Assembly: GCA_003173895.1 (NCBI GenBank)
Contig: PJMG01000003.1
Span: 1 to 56,039, forward strand
From: Candidatus Levyibacteriota bacterium
GTDB taxonomy: Bacteria; Patescibacteriota; Microgenomatia; Levybacterales; UBA12049
Reading direction: 5' to 3'
DNA: 56,039 nucleotides
Shown here: piece after piece, positions 26,100 to 35,545 of the stretch
Layout: each line of letters starts with the position of its first letter
Numbering within the stretch: the stretch's first letter is position 1
Program-made: the position numbers and the translations under genes
The notes under the pieces: model-generated
What the model was told of the DNA's origin: nothing
What the model saw: the letters and a program-made list of their open reading frames with translations, nothing else
Database searches by the model: none

Positions 26100-26336
26100 A
26101 TGCTTATTTTTAATAAACCAGTTTTAACAACAGAGCAATTTGAAAGATTATCAAATATTTTTGATAATGCAGGGCAAATAGTTTTTGGTGCAGGAGTTTT
26201 TACGCCTGTACTATCTGGAATTGACAAAGTTAATATTTATATTTTACTATCATGTATAGTAGGCGTACTTTTTTGTTGGTTCTTAAGTGTATGGTTGGCT
26301 AAAAGAGGTAAAGAACAAATATGGCATTTGACATAA
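26100..26336 (+). CDS. hypothetical small membrane protein
   Basis: 78-aa ORF, two hydrophobic segments. Confidence 0.45.
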   Translation: MLIFNKPVLTTEQFERLSNIFDNAGQIVFGAGVFTPVLSGIDKVNIYILLSCIVGVLFCWFLSVWLAKRGKEQIWHLT

Positions 26337-26437
26337 CTTTTTTACTATTCATGATTTTCTTAGCTTTATTTGCAATTATAGTTATTCTATTGGCTCTCCC
26401 AGGCCCTAAAAGAGAAAAAACCTCGCGCAAACATTAA
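26321..26437 (+). CDS. possible 38-aa hydrophobic peptide (not in the ORF track)
   Basis: ATG..TAA ORF MAFDITFLLFMIFLALFAIIVILLALPGPKREKTSRKH; overlaps the previous ORF by 16 nt. Confidence 0.25.
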   Translation: MAFDITFLLFMIFLALFAIIVILLALPGPKREKTSRKH

Positions 26438-26449
26438 TCAATAAATCTT

Positions 26450-27076
26450 ATGAATATTAAAACTTTAATTTTTGATTGGAGTGGAACAATTAGTGATGAT
26501 AGAAAACCTGTTTATGAATCTAACATGAGACTTCTTAAAAGCTACGGTAAAGAGACATTCGATTGTGATGAATGGTTAAGGCGCTCTAAGCTTACTTTCA
26601 GTGATTTTTTAAATGATAATGGTATAGAAGGTGATCATAAAATTTTATACGCTGGATATGAAAATTCTTTACATGCACTACGAGAAGAAGGGTTAAAACC
26701 TATTATTCATGTAGACATAATAGAAACTTTAGAAAAATTAAAAGATAAAGTAAATACCATGATGATAATTAGTAGCCATCCTTTGGGAGCTCTAGAGCGG
26801 GAAATGTCAGAGTACGGTATAGAAAATTATTTTAAAACAGTACTGGGAAGTACTAAAAATAAGGCTAAAGCGATTAAAGAATATTATGAAACAAAAAATA
26901 TTCTTTCCTCAGAAGTAGTTTACATAGGTGATACTATTTTTGATATAAAAGCAGCTAAAGAAGCTAATGTTATTTCAGTAGCACTATCCACAGGTTATCA
27001 TTCTAAAGAAAAATTGGCAGAGGAAAAACCAGATTATCTTTTTAACTCCTTTTCAGAAATACTAAAAATTATTTAA
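26450..27076 (+). CDS. HAD family hydrolase
   Basis: LIFDWSGT motif I, GDTIFDIKAAKEA motif IV. Confidence 0.7.
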   Translation: MNIKTLIFDWSGTISDDRKPVYESNMRLLKSYGKETFDCDEWLRRSKLTFSDFLNDNGIEGDHKILYAGYENSLHALREEGLKPIIHVDIIETLEKLKDKVNTMMIISSHPLGALEREMSEYGIENYFKTVLGSTKNKAKAIKEYYETKNILSSEVVYIGDTIFDIKAAKEANVISVALSTGYHSKEKLAEEKPDYLFNSFSEILKII

Positions 27077-27381
27077 TCTTCTGGTTCATGAATGGTTAAG
27101 ATAGTATGCCTTGGATCAGTATCATTTAGATCATAAGTAGTTCCATCTGGGAAAAAAATAGGATCATCATGAACAAAGGATATTATTGGATATTGTGGTT
27201 GATTTAATATAGTCCGTCTAGAACCCTGAAGTTTTGGACCATCTAAAAAATAAGAAGTAATAATAGTAGTTTCTGGTGTTTTTTCAGTTAATTTAAGTTC
27301 ACGCCTAAATCCTGCATCAGTAAGATGATAATCTTTAATTTCAGAAAGTTCTCCAATATATGCTTCTGCTTGTTCTATCAT
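27073..27381 (-). CDS. hypothetical protein
   Basis: 102-aa ORF, convergent 4-nt overlap with the HAD gene. Confidence 0.45.
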   Translation of the reverse strand: MIEQAEAYIGELSEIKDYHLTDAGFRRELKLTEKTPETTIITSYFLDGPKLQGSRRTILNQPQYPIISFVHDDPIFFPDGTTYDLNDTDPRHTILTIHEPED

Positions 27382-27471
27382 CTAAATTGACTATAAATAA
27401 TTTTTTTATAAAAAACCAGAAGTGTTTTCTTACCCGTTGTTTTGAATATTTCCCTATGATAAAATACACCT

Positions 27472-27744
27472 ATGCGTAAATATGAATTAGTTCTAGTTTT
27501 AAACTCTATTTCAGAAAAAGACAGAAAAGCTTTAATAGAAACAATTAAAAAAATGTTAGGTGATGTAAAATTCTTAGAAGAGAATGATTGGGGAAGTAAA
27601 GCTTTAAAATATAAAATTAAAGGACAAAGTTTAGGATTTTACTATGATTTTATCTTCGAAACTGATAAAATTGATGCTGGAGTCGAAAAAAAGATCATTA
27701 ACATGGATAATGTACTTAGACATTTAATGATAAGACAAAAATAA
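27472..27744 (+). CDS. rpsF: 30S ribosomal protein S6
   Basis: MRKYELVLVL start; rpsF-ssb-rpsR synteny. Confidence 0.85.
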   Translation: MRKYELVLVLNSISEKDRKALIETIKKMLGDVKFLEENDWGSKALKYKIKGQSLGFYYDFIFETDKIDAGVEKKIINMDNVLRHLMIRQK

Positions 27745-27753
27745 AGAAGTTTT

Positions 27754-28281
27754 ATGGCACGAAGTTTAAATAGCGTTCAACTAATTGGAAATTTAACTAG
27801 AGATCCGGAATTGAGATATACACCGAATGGTACGGCAGTAGTAACTTTGGGAATAGCGACTAATAGAAGTTGGACGACAGATAGCGGAGAAAAAAAAGAA
27901 GAAGTTGAATATCACAGAGTGGTAGCTTGGAATAAGTTAGCTGAACTTTGTAGTCAATTATTAAGTAAAGGTGCTAAGGTTTATGTGCATGGTAGATTGA
28001 CTACTAGAAGCTGGACAGGCCAAGATGGAGCACAGAAATCTACCACTGAGATAATAATTGATGACATGATGGTTCTTTCAGGTAAAAAAGAAGGAGCAGA
28101 TTTTGGTGGAGGATCATATACTCCTACTCAAAAACCAGCTCAAACTAAAAAAGAAGCCAGCCCGCTAGCCAAGCAAAGCGAGGCGGCCGGGGAACCTAAA
28201 GAAGAAGTTCAAAAACATCCAGAAGAAGATGTCCCACAGAATTTAACAGATGATGTGGCACCGGATGATATACCTTTTTAA
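27754..28281 (+). CDS. ssb: single-stranded DNA-binding protein
   Basis: LNSVQLIGNLTRDPELRYTPNG OB fold, acidic tail DDIPF; H2 repeat in the linker. Confidence 0.9.
   Translation: MARSLNSVQLIGNLTRDPELRYTPNGTAVVTLGIATNRSWTTDSGEKKEEVEYHRVVAWNKLAELCSQLLSKGAKVYVHGRLTTRSWTGQDGAQKSTTEIIIDDMMVLSGKKEGADFGGGSYTPTQKPAQTKKEASPLAKQSEAAGEPKEEVQKHPEEDVPQNLTDDVAPDDIPF
28157..28193. repeat. family H GC-rich hairpin (H2) in frame in the ssb linker
   Basis: ccagcccgctagccaagcaaagcgaggcggccgggga; related to 14606-14644. Confidence 0.55.
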
Positions 28282-28289
28282 TTAAAACT

Positions 28290-28535
28290 ATGGCTAAGAA
28301 AAAAGAATCAAGACCAAAAAGAAAAATCGGACCTAAAAAGGATTGTTTTTTCTGTAAAGAAAAGAAAGAACCAACTTTTAAGGATTTATCTACTTTAAGT
28401 AAGTTTTTAACTGAAAGAGGTAAAATAGTTGGTAGATCTAGAAGTGGACTTTGTGCACGTCATCAAAGAGAATTTGAAAAACAAGTTAAACATGCTCGAC
28501 ATCTCGCCATGCTCTCATTCACCTCTAAAGACTAA
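28290..28535 (+). CDS. rpsR: 30S ribosomal protein S18
   Basis: CFFCKEK..FKD...L.KFLTERGKI..R..SG.CARHQR. Confidence 0.9.
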   Translation: MAKKKESRPKRKIGPKKDCFFCKEKKEPTFKDLSTLSKFLTERGKIVGRSRSGLCARHQREFEKQVKHARHLAMLSFTSKD

Positions 28536-28627
28536 TTAGTTATCAGAAAAAATTCAGCAAAGAAAGGTTAAATTGTATTAGAAAATTCGTAGTGACAAAA
28601 AGATAGTAATAATCTAAAATTATAATA

Positions 28628-28696
28628 TGTCATCCTGAATTTATTTCAGGATCTTCTTTAATCTTGAAAAGATGCTGAAACTAGTTCAGCATGACA
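28628..28696. repeat. inverted doublet of family C units (REPIN-like)
   Basis: tgtcatcctgaatttatttcaggatc ... gatgctgaaactagttcagcatgaca. Confidence 0.75.
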
Positions 28697-28706
28697 ATTA
28701 GTATTT

Positions 28707-29972
28707 ATGAAATTTAATAAACTTCAAATTTTTTTAGGACTGGCTATCGCATTTGTTTTTGGTTATATATTCGGAACTTTTAAAGTAAGAGTTTATCAAG
28801 CTAATTACGTTCCACATTTTACATTTACTAATGAACAGCCACCTGCGGATTTAGGTAATGTGGACATGACTAGATTTTATACGGTCTGGGAAAAGTTAAC
28901 TCAACTTTATTACGATAAAAAGGTTTTAGATCCTAATAAAATGATGAATGGTGCTATTAATGGCATGGTGGCATCGTTAGGTGATCCTTTTACACTTTAT
29001 TTACCTCCAGTTCAAAATACCAGTTTCCAACAGCAATTAGCAGGGAAATTCCAAGGTATTGGAGCTGAATTAAGTACTAAAGATGGAAAAATAATTGTTT
29101 TAGCGCCTCTGAATGGTAGTCCAGCTGAAAAAGCAGGTATAAAAGCAGGGGATCAGATAGATAAAGTTAATGGAAAGTCCATAGCAGGTATGAATATAAA
29201 TGATGTAGTTGGGATTATAAGAGGACCTAAAGGTACGAAAGTAACTTTAACTGTAGTACATCCAGATTCTAAAAGCGAAACAGACATAACTATAGTTCGC
29301 GATGATATTAAAGTCAGTAGCGTAGATGGATGGGTGAAAAAAGTTAGTGATGTTAGTGGAATTACAGATCCAACTTTGAAGCAAAATAAGACTCAAGAAA
29401 TAGCTTACATCAGACTTTCACAGTTTGGTAACGATACTAATCAGGATTGGACTAAATTAGTAGCTAAATTAAAAGCTCAAATAGATAAAGATGGAAATGT
29501 AAAAGGTGTTATTTTAGATCTACGTGATAATCCAGGTGGATATTTAACAGATGCTACATTTATAGCTGGAGAATTTTTACCTAAAGGGACTCCTGTAGTT
29601 ACAGAAGATGATGGAGTTAATCAACAAACTTTAAATGTAGATCGAGATGGACAACTATTAAACATTCCGCTTATAGTTTTAATAGATGGTGGATCAGCTA
29701 GCGCTTCTGAAATAGTTTCTGGAGCACTGCGTGATAATAAGAGAGCAGAATTAGTCGGATTAAAATCTTTTGGTAAGGGGACAGTTCAAGAAGCTTTAGA
29801 TTTAGGTGATGGAACAGGCTTACATGTAACTGTAGCTAAATGGTTAACGCCAAATGGTACTTGGGTTAATAAAGTAGGTTTGACACCAGATGTGGTAGTG
29901 AATTATGATACTAAAAATCCCTCCCATGATGCGCAGCTAGAAAAAGCAATAGAAATTTTAATAAATAAATAA
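28707..29972 (+). CDS. ctpA: S41 family C-terminal processing peptidase
   Basis: PDZ (GIKAGDQI), DLRDNPGG, SASASE catalytic region. Confidence 0.85.
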   Translation: MKFNKLQIFLGLAIAFVFGYIFGTFKVRVYQANYVPHFTFTNEQPPADLGNVDMTRFYTVWEKLTQLYYDKKVLDPNKMMNGAINGMVASLGDPFTLYLPPVQNTSFQQQLAGKFQGIGAELSTKDGKIIVLAPLNGSPAEKAGIKAGDQIDKVNGKSIAGMNINDVVGIIRGPKGTKVTLTVVHPDSKSETDITIVRDDIKVSSVDGWVKKVSDVSGITDPTLKQNKTQEIAYIRLSQFGNDTNQDWTKLVAKLKAQIDKDGNVKGVILDLRDNPGGYLTDATFIAGEFLPKGTPVVTEDDGVNQQTLNVDRDGQLLNIPLIVLIDGGSASASEIVSGALRDNKRAELVGLKSFGKGTVQEALDLGDGTGLHVTVAKWLTPNGTWVNKVGLTPDVVVNYDTKNPSHDAQLEKAIEILINK

Positions 29973-30011
29973 AATATCATCTTAAACTCCTGCCAAACAA
30001 CATAAAATATT

Positions 30012-31172
30012 ATGAGAAATGTAATTAAAGTTATAATTATCCTAATTGTAATACTATTTATCGGAGCAGTAATTTATAGATACTCACCTTCCTTTAATCA
30101 TTTAGTAAATAATAATTTGCCAGGAGTTCATACTCAAACAGTAATAAAAGTGGAAAGCGAAGAATCAGTTACTATTAATGATGTAAAAAAAGTAGGTCCA
30201 TCGACAGTTACTGTAGTAGAAAATTCTAATAACCAGAGCAGCGATCAAAATTCTATTAACGTAGGGCCATTTTCTATTCAAATTCCTAATGATCAATCTA
30301 ATCGCAATAATGCACCTGTAAGTATAGGATCTGGTTTTATAGTTAGTAGTGATGGTTTAATAGTTACGAATAAACATGTAGTTTCAGATGTGGGTGTAAG
30401 CTATCAAATTATAACGGCTAATGATAAAAAATATGATGTCTCTAAAATCTATCGGGATCCCCTAAATGATGTAGCTATCTTAAAAATTGATACAAAACAA
30501 AATTCTGGTAATAAGTTAGTGCCTGTTTCTATGGGTGATAGTTCTCATCTTCAAGTAGGTCAATTCGTAGTAGCCATCGGGACAGCGCTGGGAGAGTTTA
30601 GAAATACTGTTACCACAGGTGTGATTTCAGGTCTTGGACGAGGAATCCAGGCGAGTGATCAATTCGCAGGTATTGCAGAACAGCTAGATAATGTAATCCA
30701 AACATCAGCTCCTATAAATCCTGGAAATAGTGGTGGACCGCTCGTAGATAGTAATGGAAATGTAATTGGTGTTAATACTGCTGTAGCTCAAAGTGGACAG
30801 AATATTGGTTTTGCGTTGCCTATTAATGTAATAAAACAAAGTATTAATAATTTTAATGCTACGGGACAGTTTAACAGGCCATATGCAGGAGTAGAATATA
30901 AAATGATTGATACTAACTTAGCACTTTTAAATAATGTGCCTGCTGGTGCTTATGTAGAAAACGTAGTTAGTGGTTCTCCTGCCGATCAAGCTGGAATTCA
31001 GATGGGTGACATAATTACTAATATTAATGGAACCAAGTTAAGTGATCCGAAAGAAGATTTAGCAAGTCTTATTTCTAAGAAAAAAGTAGGAGATATTATT
31101 ACTGTTACTATTTGGCGAAATGGTCAAAGTCAGGATATAAAAATCACGCTCGCTACCGCACCAAATGAGTAG
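30012..31172 (+). CDS. htrA: HtrA/DegP-type trypsin-like serine protease with PDZ
   Basis: TNKHV, DVAILK, GNSGGPL catalytic triad context; C-terminal PDZ. Confidence 0.85.
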   Translation: MRNVIKVIIILIVILFIGAVIYRYSPSFNHLVNNNLPGVHTQTVIKVESEESVTINDVKKVGPSTVTVVENSNNQSSDQNSINVGPFSIQIPNDQSNRNNAPVSIGSGFIVSSDGLIVTNKHVVSDVGVSYQIITANDKKYDVSKIYRDPLNDVAILKIDTKQNSGNKLVPVSMGDSSHLQVGQFVVAIGTALGEFRNTVTTGVISGLGRGIQASDQFAGIAEQLDNVIQTSAPINPGNSGGPLVDSNGNVIGVNTAVAQSGQNIGFALPINVIKQSINNFNATGQFNRPYAGVEYKMIDTNLALLNNVPAGAYVENVVSGSPADQAGIQMGDIITNINGTKLSDPKEDLASLISKKKVGDIITVTIWRNGQSQDIKITLATAPNE

Positions 31173-31185
31173 GTTTTTACTTAAT

Positions 31186-31331
31186 CGCTCGCATATAAAT
31201 TTTTATCTTGGTTTCACGCTCGCTAATCTTAATTTATTCCAAGGCTTTGTCTGTCATCCTGAGCGAAGTCGAAGGATCTCGTCCTTTTACGCTGTTAGCT
31301 CGAATGAAACAGAAAAAATTTAAATGCTCGC
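31186..31331 (+). repeat. family A-type element (A4) with a family C unit nested at 31252-31284
   Basis: cgctcGCATATAAATTTTT / AAAAAATTTAAATGCtcgc outer stem; tcacgctcgctaatc box; tgtcatcctgagcgaagtcgaaggatctcgtcc inside. Confidence 0.65.
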
Positions 31332-31380
31332 TTTTTATTACCGCTTCATAATTAATCTCTAAAAAGCTACAATATAATCT

Positions 31381-32379
31381 ATGGATATTAAAGAAAATAT
31401 AATTTTAGCTCCATACACGACTTTTCATATTGGTGGTCCTGCGGATTATTTTTTAATAGCTAAAAATACGCAGGAATTAATGGATGGAATTAAATGGGCG
31501 GAAGAAAAGAATATTTTATTTTTTATTTTAGGAAGCGGGGCAAATATTTTAGTGGGGGATAAAGGATTTAGAGGATTGGTGATCAAAAATGAGAGTTCAC
31601 AGGTCACAGTTAAAAGTTCACAGGAAGTGTCATTACTTACTGCGGATTCGGGAATTACTATTGCTGAGTTAATTACAATAACCACAGAAAAAGGACTTTC
31701 AGGTTTGGAGCATTTTGCTGGAATTCCATCTACTTTAGGTGGAGCAATTTGGCAGAATTTACACTTTTTATCCGCTGATCGATCGGAAACTGTTTTTATC
31801 GGAGATATTTTAGAAACAGCTATCATAATTCCAAATGTTACGTCTTTGCGAGGAACAGAAAGTGACGAAGCAATCTCAAAAGGATTGCCACTCGAACAAA
31901 GTTCGCTCGCAATGACGAGGACGGTAAATAAAGATTATTTTAAATTTGCTTATGATTACAGTATTTTACACGACACTCATGATATCGTTTTATCTGCTAC
32001 TTTAAAATTAAAACCAGAATCTCGTGAAGTTATTAAATCTACTATTAATGCTAATTTAAAATGGAGAGCTGAAAAACATCCAGAAAATGCCGTGAATTGT
32101 TCAGCGGGATCAATCTTTAAGAAAATTCCTGCCCGCCTCGCAAGCGAGAGCGTTGCGGGCAGGGAAGGCGGCGCTGGACGTTTTATTCAACAAGTCGGAT
32201 TAAAAGGACATAAAATAGGTGGTGCTCAAATATCAGAAAAACATGCTAATTTTATTATTAACGCAGGAAATGCGAAGGCTTCTGAAGTTTTATCTTTAAT
32301 AAATTTAGTTAAGGAAAAAGTTAAAAAGGAGCTTGGATTAGATATGGAAACTGAAATAAGTTTGGTTGGAGAGTTCTAG
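31381..32379 (+). CDS. murB: UDP-N-acetylenolpyruvoylglucosamine reductase
   Basis: FHIGGPADYF, GSGANIL, AGSIFKK...GLKG..IGGAQISEKHANFIIN; two in-frame repeat insertions. Confidence 0.9.
   Translation: MDIKENIILAPYTTFHIGGPADYFLIAKNTQELMDGIKWAEEKNILFFILGSGANILVGDKGFRGLVIKNESSQVTVKSSQEVSLLTADSGITIAELITITTEKGLSGLEHFAGIPSTLGGAIWQNLHFLSADRSETVFIGDILETAIIIPNVTSLRGTESDEAISKGLPLEQSSLAMTRTVNKDYFKFAYDYSILHDTHDIVLSATLKLKPESREVIKSTINANLKWRAEKHPENAVNCSAGSIFKKIPARLASESVAGREGGAGRFIQQVGLKGHKIGGAQISEKHANFIINAGNAKASEVLSLINLVKEKVKKELGLDMETEISLVGEF
31841..31919. repeat. family G palindromic MITE (both GIY-YIG-element ends, no cargo) in frame in murB
   Basis: cgtctttgcgagg..gaagcaatc-tcaaaag-gattgcc..ctcgcaatgacg; translated TSLRGTESDEAISKGLPLEQSSLAMTR. 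Confidence 0.75.
32128..32163. repeat. family H GC-rich hairpin (H3) in frame in murB
   Basis: cctgcccgc-ctcgcaagcgag-agcgtt-gcgggcagg; translated PARLASESVAGR. Confidence 0.75.
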
Positions 32380-32380
32380 A

Positions 32381-33394
32381 ATGAAAAATAGATTTACAGA
32401 AATTGATGATCTTCGTGGTTTAGCTATTTTCTTCATGATTTTGGTTCATACTTCAGTTTATTTTCTGACTGATTCGTTTATGAAATTTTTATGGAATTTC
32501 TCTGAATGGTCAGTAGCAGGATTTATCTTTTGCTCGAGTTTTGTCTACTTTATAAATAGTAAAAATAATTTTTGGAATGAGAAAAAAATTGATTTTAAAC
32601 TATATTGGCAGTATTTATTAAAACGCTTAAAACGTTTAATTATTCCGTATTATATTTTTCTGTTAGTTTTTATATCATTACTTTTATTAACTCACAATAA
32701 ACTGCTTAACACAAAATACATAATTTTTTCTACATTTTTAGTGGGTGGGGTAGATATAAGTTGGTTAGTTTTACTTTTTCTTATTTTTGCTCTTATGTTT
32801 CCTCTTATAAAATATCTCTTTGAAAATTATAAAAAAATATTTTATTTAGGATTTTTTCTTTCGTTTCTTTCTCTTATTTATTTCTTATTTATTCATAATT
32901 TAAATTTTAATTATCGTTTTATTTTTTGGTTACCATGGAGTTTTATAGTTTTTTATACGGTTTTATTTACTGATTACTCTTTGAGAGAAAAAAGTAAATT
33001 GAGTAATAAGTATTTTTATCTTTTTTCAATATTATTTTTTGTCTTTTCATTTTTATTTTCATTTATTTATCTTCAGCAAAATTATTTAAATTTAGATCAA
33101 ATTAGTAATAAATATCCACCTAATCTTTATCATATTTCATTTGGACTATTAGGAGTTTTAGGGTTTTATTTATTATCTAAAATTGGAATATTTAATCCGC
33201 CAGCTGGCGGACTTAGAAAGTTTTTAAATTTTTTAAGTTTGAATTCTTATTCAATTTATTTTATTCACTATACGATTTTATATTTTACAGCCAGTTGGTT
33301 TGTAAAGAATAGTAATTGGTTTTTATTTACGATTTTTGTTTTTATAACTAGTTTAATTTCGCAAAAAACTTTTAATTTGATTTTAAAAAAATAA
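32381..33394 (+). CDS. acyltransferase family 3 membrane protein
   Basis: MKNRFTEIDDLRGLAIFFMILVH start typical of acyltransferase_3; multi-TM. Confidence 0.7.
   Translation: MKNRFTEIDDLRGLAIFFMILVHTSVYFLTDSFMKFLWNFSEWSVAGFIFCSSFVYFINSKNNFWNEKKIDFKLYWQYLLKRLKRLIIPYYIFLLVFISLLLLTHNKLLNTKYIIFSTFLVGGVDISWLVLLFLIFALMFPLIKYLFENYKKIFYLGFFLSFLSLIYFLFIHNLNFNYRFIFWLPWSFIVFYTVLFTDYSLREKSKLSNKYFYLFSILFFVFSFLFSFIYLQQNYLNLDQISNKYPPNLYHISFGLLGVLGFYLLSKIGIFNPPAGGLRKFLNFLSLNSYSIYFIHYTILYFTASWFVKNSNWFLFTIFVFITSLISQKTFNLILKK
33196..33211. repeat. family D GC palindrome (D5) in frame
   Basis: tccgccagctggcgga translated NPPAGGL. Confidence 0.85.
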
Positions 33395-33452
33395 TCCTCG
33401 ATCCAAAAACACTTCTTGCTTTCCTAAAAAAACTTTGTTATATCTAGAGTTG

Positions 33453-34046
33453 ATGAGAGAGGCAGAAGATTTATCCCAGTTCTCAGATACTACAGAAAAT
33501 TCAGAAGCGCTCCTAGCGGAAAGTAAAGACATTGCTGAAAGACTCCAATCACATGGTGTACCTAATGTATATTATAAATGGAAAAATAATGGATTAATTC
33601 CTTATACAGTTGATCAAAGTACTCAAAGAATAAGATTATTAACAAATGAACAAAGAGATATAATAGAAAAAGCACTAATTGAAATTGAACATTTACAGAA
33701 TCCTTTAGTTGGTAAGCCCACTAAAAATAACGATATTATTTCTAAAGCCATATCTTTATGTGATTTTAAAATAGTTGCTATTCTTTCTGGACGCACAAAT
33801 CTTCTAGATTATGAGGTGAGATTAAGAGATAATGTAGCAGCATTTACTAAAAATGTTCATGGTAAAATGCCTATAGATATATTACTTCCTGCTAGAGTGC
33901 TAGATACTACTAGTGGCAATTATGACATTAATCCTATTAATACTTTTAGTAGAAAAGACGTTAATAATCCAAATTTATTTTTAACTCTTTTTCAACCGGC
34001 AAGTAGAGGGAAAATTTATTATTTCTCCAATCAAACTTCTGATTAA
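33453..34046 (+). CDS. hypothetical protein
   Basis: ORF; first ATG at 33453 (the track start at 33435 is TTG). Confidence 0.45.
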   Translation: MREAEDLSQFSDTTENSEALLAESKDIAERLQSHGVPNVYYKWKNNGLIPYTVDQSTQRIRLLTNEQRDIIEKALIEIEHLQNPLVGKPTKNNDIISKAISLCDFKIVAILSGRTNLLDYEVRLRDNVAAFTKNVHGKMPIDILLPARVLDTTSGNYDINPINTFSRKDVNNPNLFLTLFQPASRGKIYYFSNQTSD

Positions 34047-34056
34047 CGATTTTTTT

Positions 34057-34806
34057 ATGTCTAAACGCATTTTTTCTCCATACGAAAAGAATTTTTTAAC
34101 TAAACATGAAGTAAATTACGAAAAAATTAATACTGATGAACCTGTTGAATATATTGTAGGTCTAGCAGCATTCTTAGGACGTGAATTTATAGTAAATAAA
34201 AATGTTCTTATTCCAAGAATTGAAACAGAAGAATTAATAAAGATAATAACTAATCAGTCAATTGGTGGATTAAAAAATATATCAGATGTTGGATGTGGGA
34301 GTGGAGTAATTGGTATAACTATTTTTTTAGAATTATCCAAACTTAGAATAAAACCAAATATTATATTATCTGATATCTCAGAGGATGCTCTAAAAGTTGC
34401 TAAAAAAAATATAGAGAAATTAGTTGATAAAAATGATAGAGAATATTTTAAACTAATTAAAAGTGACTTATTTGAAAACTTTTCCTCATTGGAAAAATTT
34501 GATTTAATAACTACCAATCTTCCTTATATTCCCCATAAAAGAATAAAAAAACTTGACCCCAGTGTTAAAAATTATGAACCCTATTTAGCCTTAGATGGAG
34601 GCCTAAACGGCGTGAAAATAATTAATCGTTTTTTATCACAAATTGATCAGCGATTGAATAAAAATGGTAAAGCTATTTTAGAAATAGATGATACTCATAA
34701 TTTAAGATCTTTTAAAATTCCTAAGAGTTTAGTAGGTGAAATTGAAAAAGATAGTTTTGGAAGAAATAGATTTTTAATCATTGATATGCTGGAAGAATTG
34801 GAATAA
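34057..34806 (+). CDS. prmC: release factor glutamine N5-methyltransferase
   Basis: DVGCGSGVIG SAM motif, TNLPYIP (NPPY-type) motif. Confidence 0.8.
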   Translation: MSKRIFSPYEKNFLTKHEVNYEKINTDEPVEYIVGLAAFLGREFIVNKNVLIPRIETEELIKIITNQSIGGLKNISDVGCGSGVIGITIFLELSKLRIKPNIILSDISEDALKVAKKNIEKLVDKNDREYFKLIKSDLFENFSSLEKFDLITTNLPYIPHKRIKKLDPSVKNYEPYLALDGGLNGVKIINRFLSQIDQRLNKNGKAILEIDDTHNLRSFKIPKSLVGEIEKDSFGRNRFLIIDMLEELE

Positions 34807-34810
34807 ATAG

Positions 34811-35101
34811 TTATTGAATTAATCCTACAGCTTCTATTTGAGGAAATTTAGCTTTTATATATTTCCAAAATGTTTCAGCGGTTTTAGAAGAGAATTTACC
34901 AAAACGACTGCTTTCTGCTTTACCGCAGAGTAAGGTTTCATAACGACGGATAATAGTCATTATTTCTTCACCTTTTTCATTAAATTCTGCCTGGAATTTC
35001 TTAGGATCGGATAAATATTTATCATGAATAGTCTGAAATTTATTAAAAATTTCTTTATGATTTTCCATCATGTCTTGGAAATATTCTTGAGATTTAGTCA
35101 T
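34811..35101 (-). CDS. hypothetical protein
   Basis: 96-aa ORF overlapping the FKBP gene stop by 4 nt (operon). Confidence 0.5.
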   Translation of the reverse strand: MTKSQEYFQDMMENHKEIFNKFQTIHDKYLSDPKKFQAEFNEKGEEIMTIIRRYETLLCGKAESSRFGKFSSKTAETFWKYIKAKFPQIEAVGLIQ

Positions 35102-35433
35102 TTTACCTTTAGTAGTTCTACTTCAAAGATAAGTGTAGCAAAACCTGGGATAGGTCCAGTTCCATATTTACCATAAGCCATTTGATAGGGAATAGTAAGT
35201 TTTCTTTTTCCTCCTACTTTCATGCCTGGAATTCCCTCATCCCAGCCACGAATTACATACCCTACGCCGATTTTAGTCTCAAAAGGTTCTTTCCTATCAT
35301 GGTTAGAATCAAATTTTTTATTATTTTCTGCCAGCCAACCAGTGTAATGAACTACGACTGTATCGCCGCTTTTAGCTTCTTTTCCTTTACCTTTAACTAA
35401 ATCTTCTATAATTAATTTTTCTTCTTTCGGCAT
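35098..35433 (-). CDS. FKBP-type peptidyl-prolyl cis-trans isomerase
   Basis: VVVHYTGWL..G.KFDSN, GVGYVIRGWDEGIPGMKVGGKRKLTIP. Confidence 0.9.
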   Translation of the reverse strand: MPKEEKLIIEDLVKGKGKEAKSGDTVVVHYTGWLAENNKKFDSNHDRKEPFETKIGVGYVIRGWDEGIPGMKVGGKRKLTIPYQMAYGKYGTGPIPGFATLIFEVELLKVK

Positions 35434-35545
35434 ATTTGGTAAAATCTATAATTATCCTATTAAGATTTACAATATTAAAATTACAAAGAGTTAATTATAT
35501 ACGAATTCTAAATAGGATGAGAATATTATACATAATTAATGCTTT

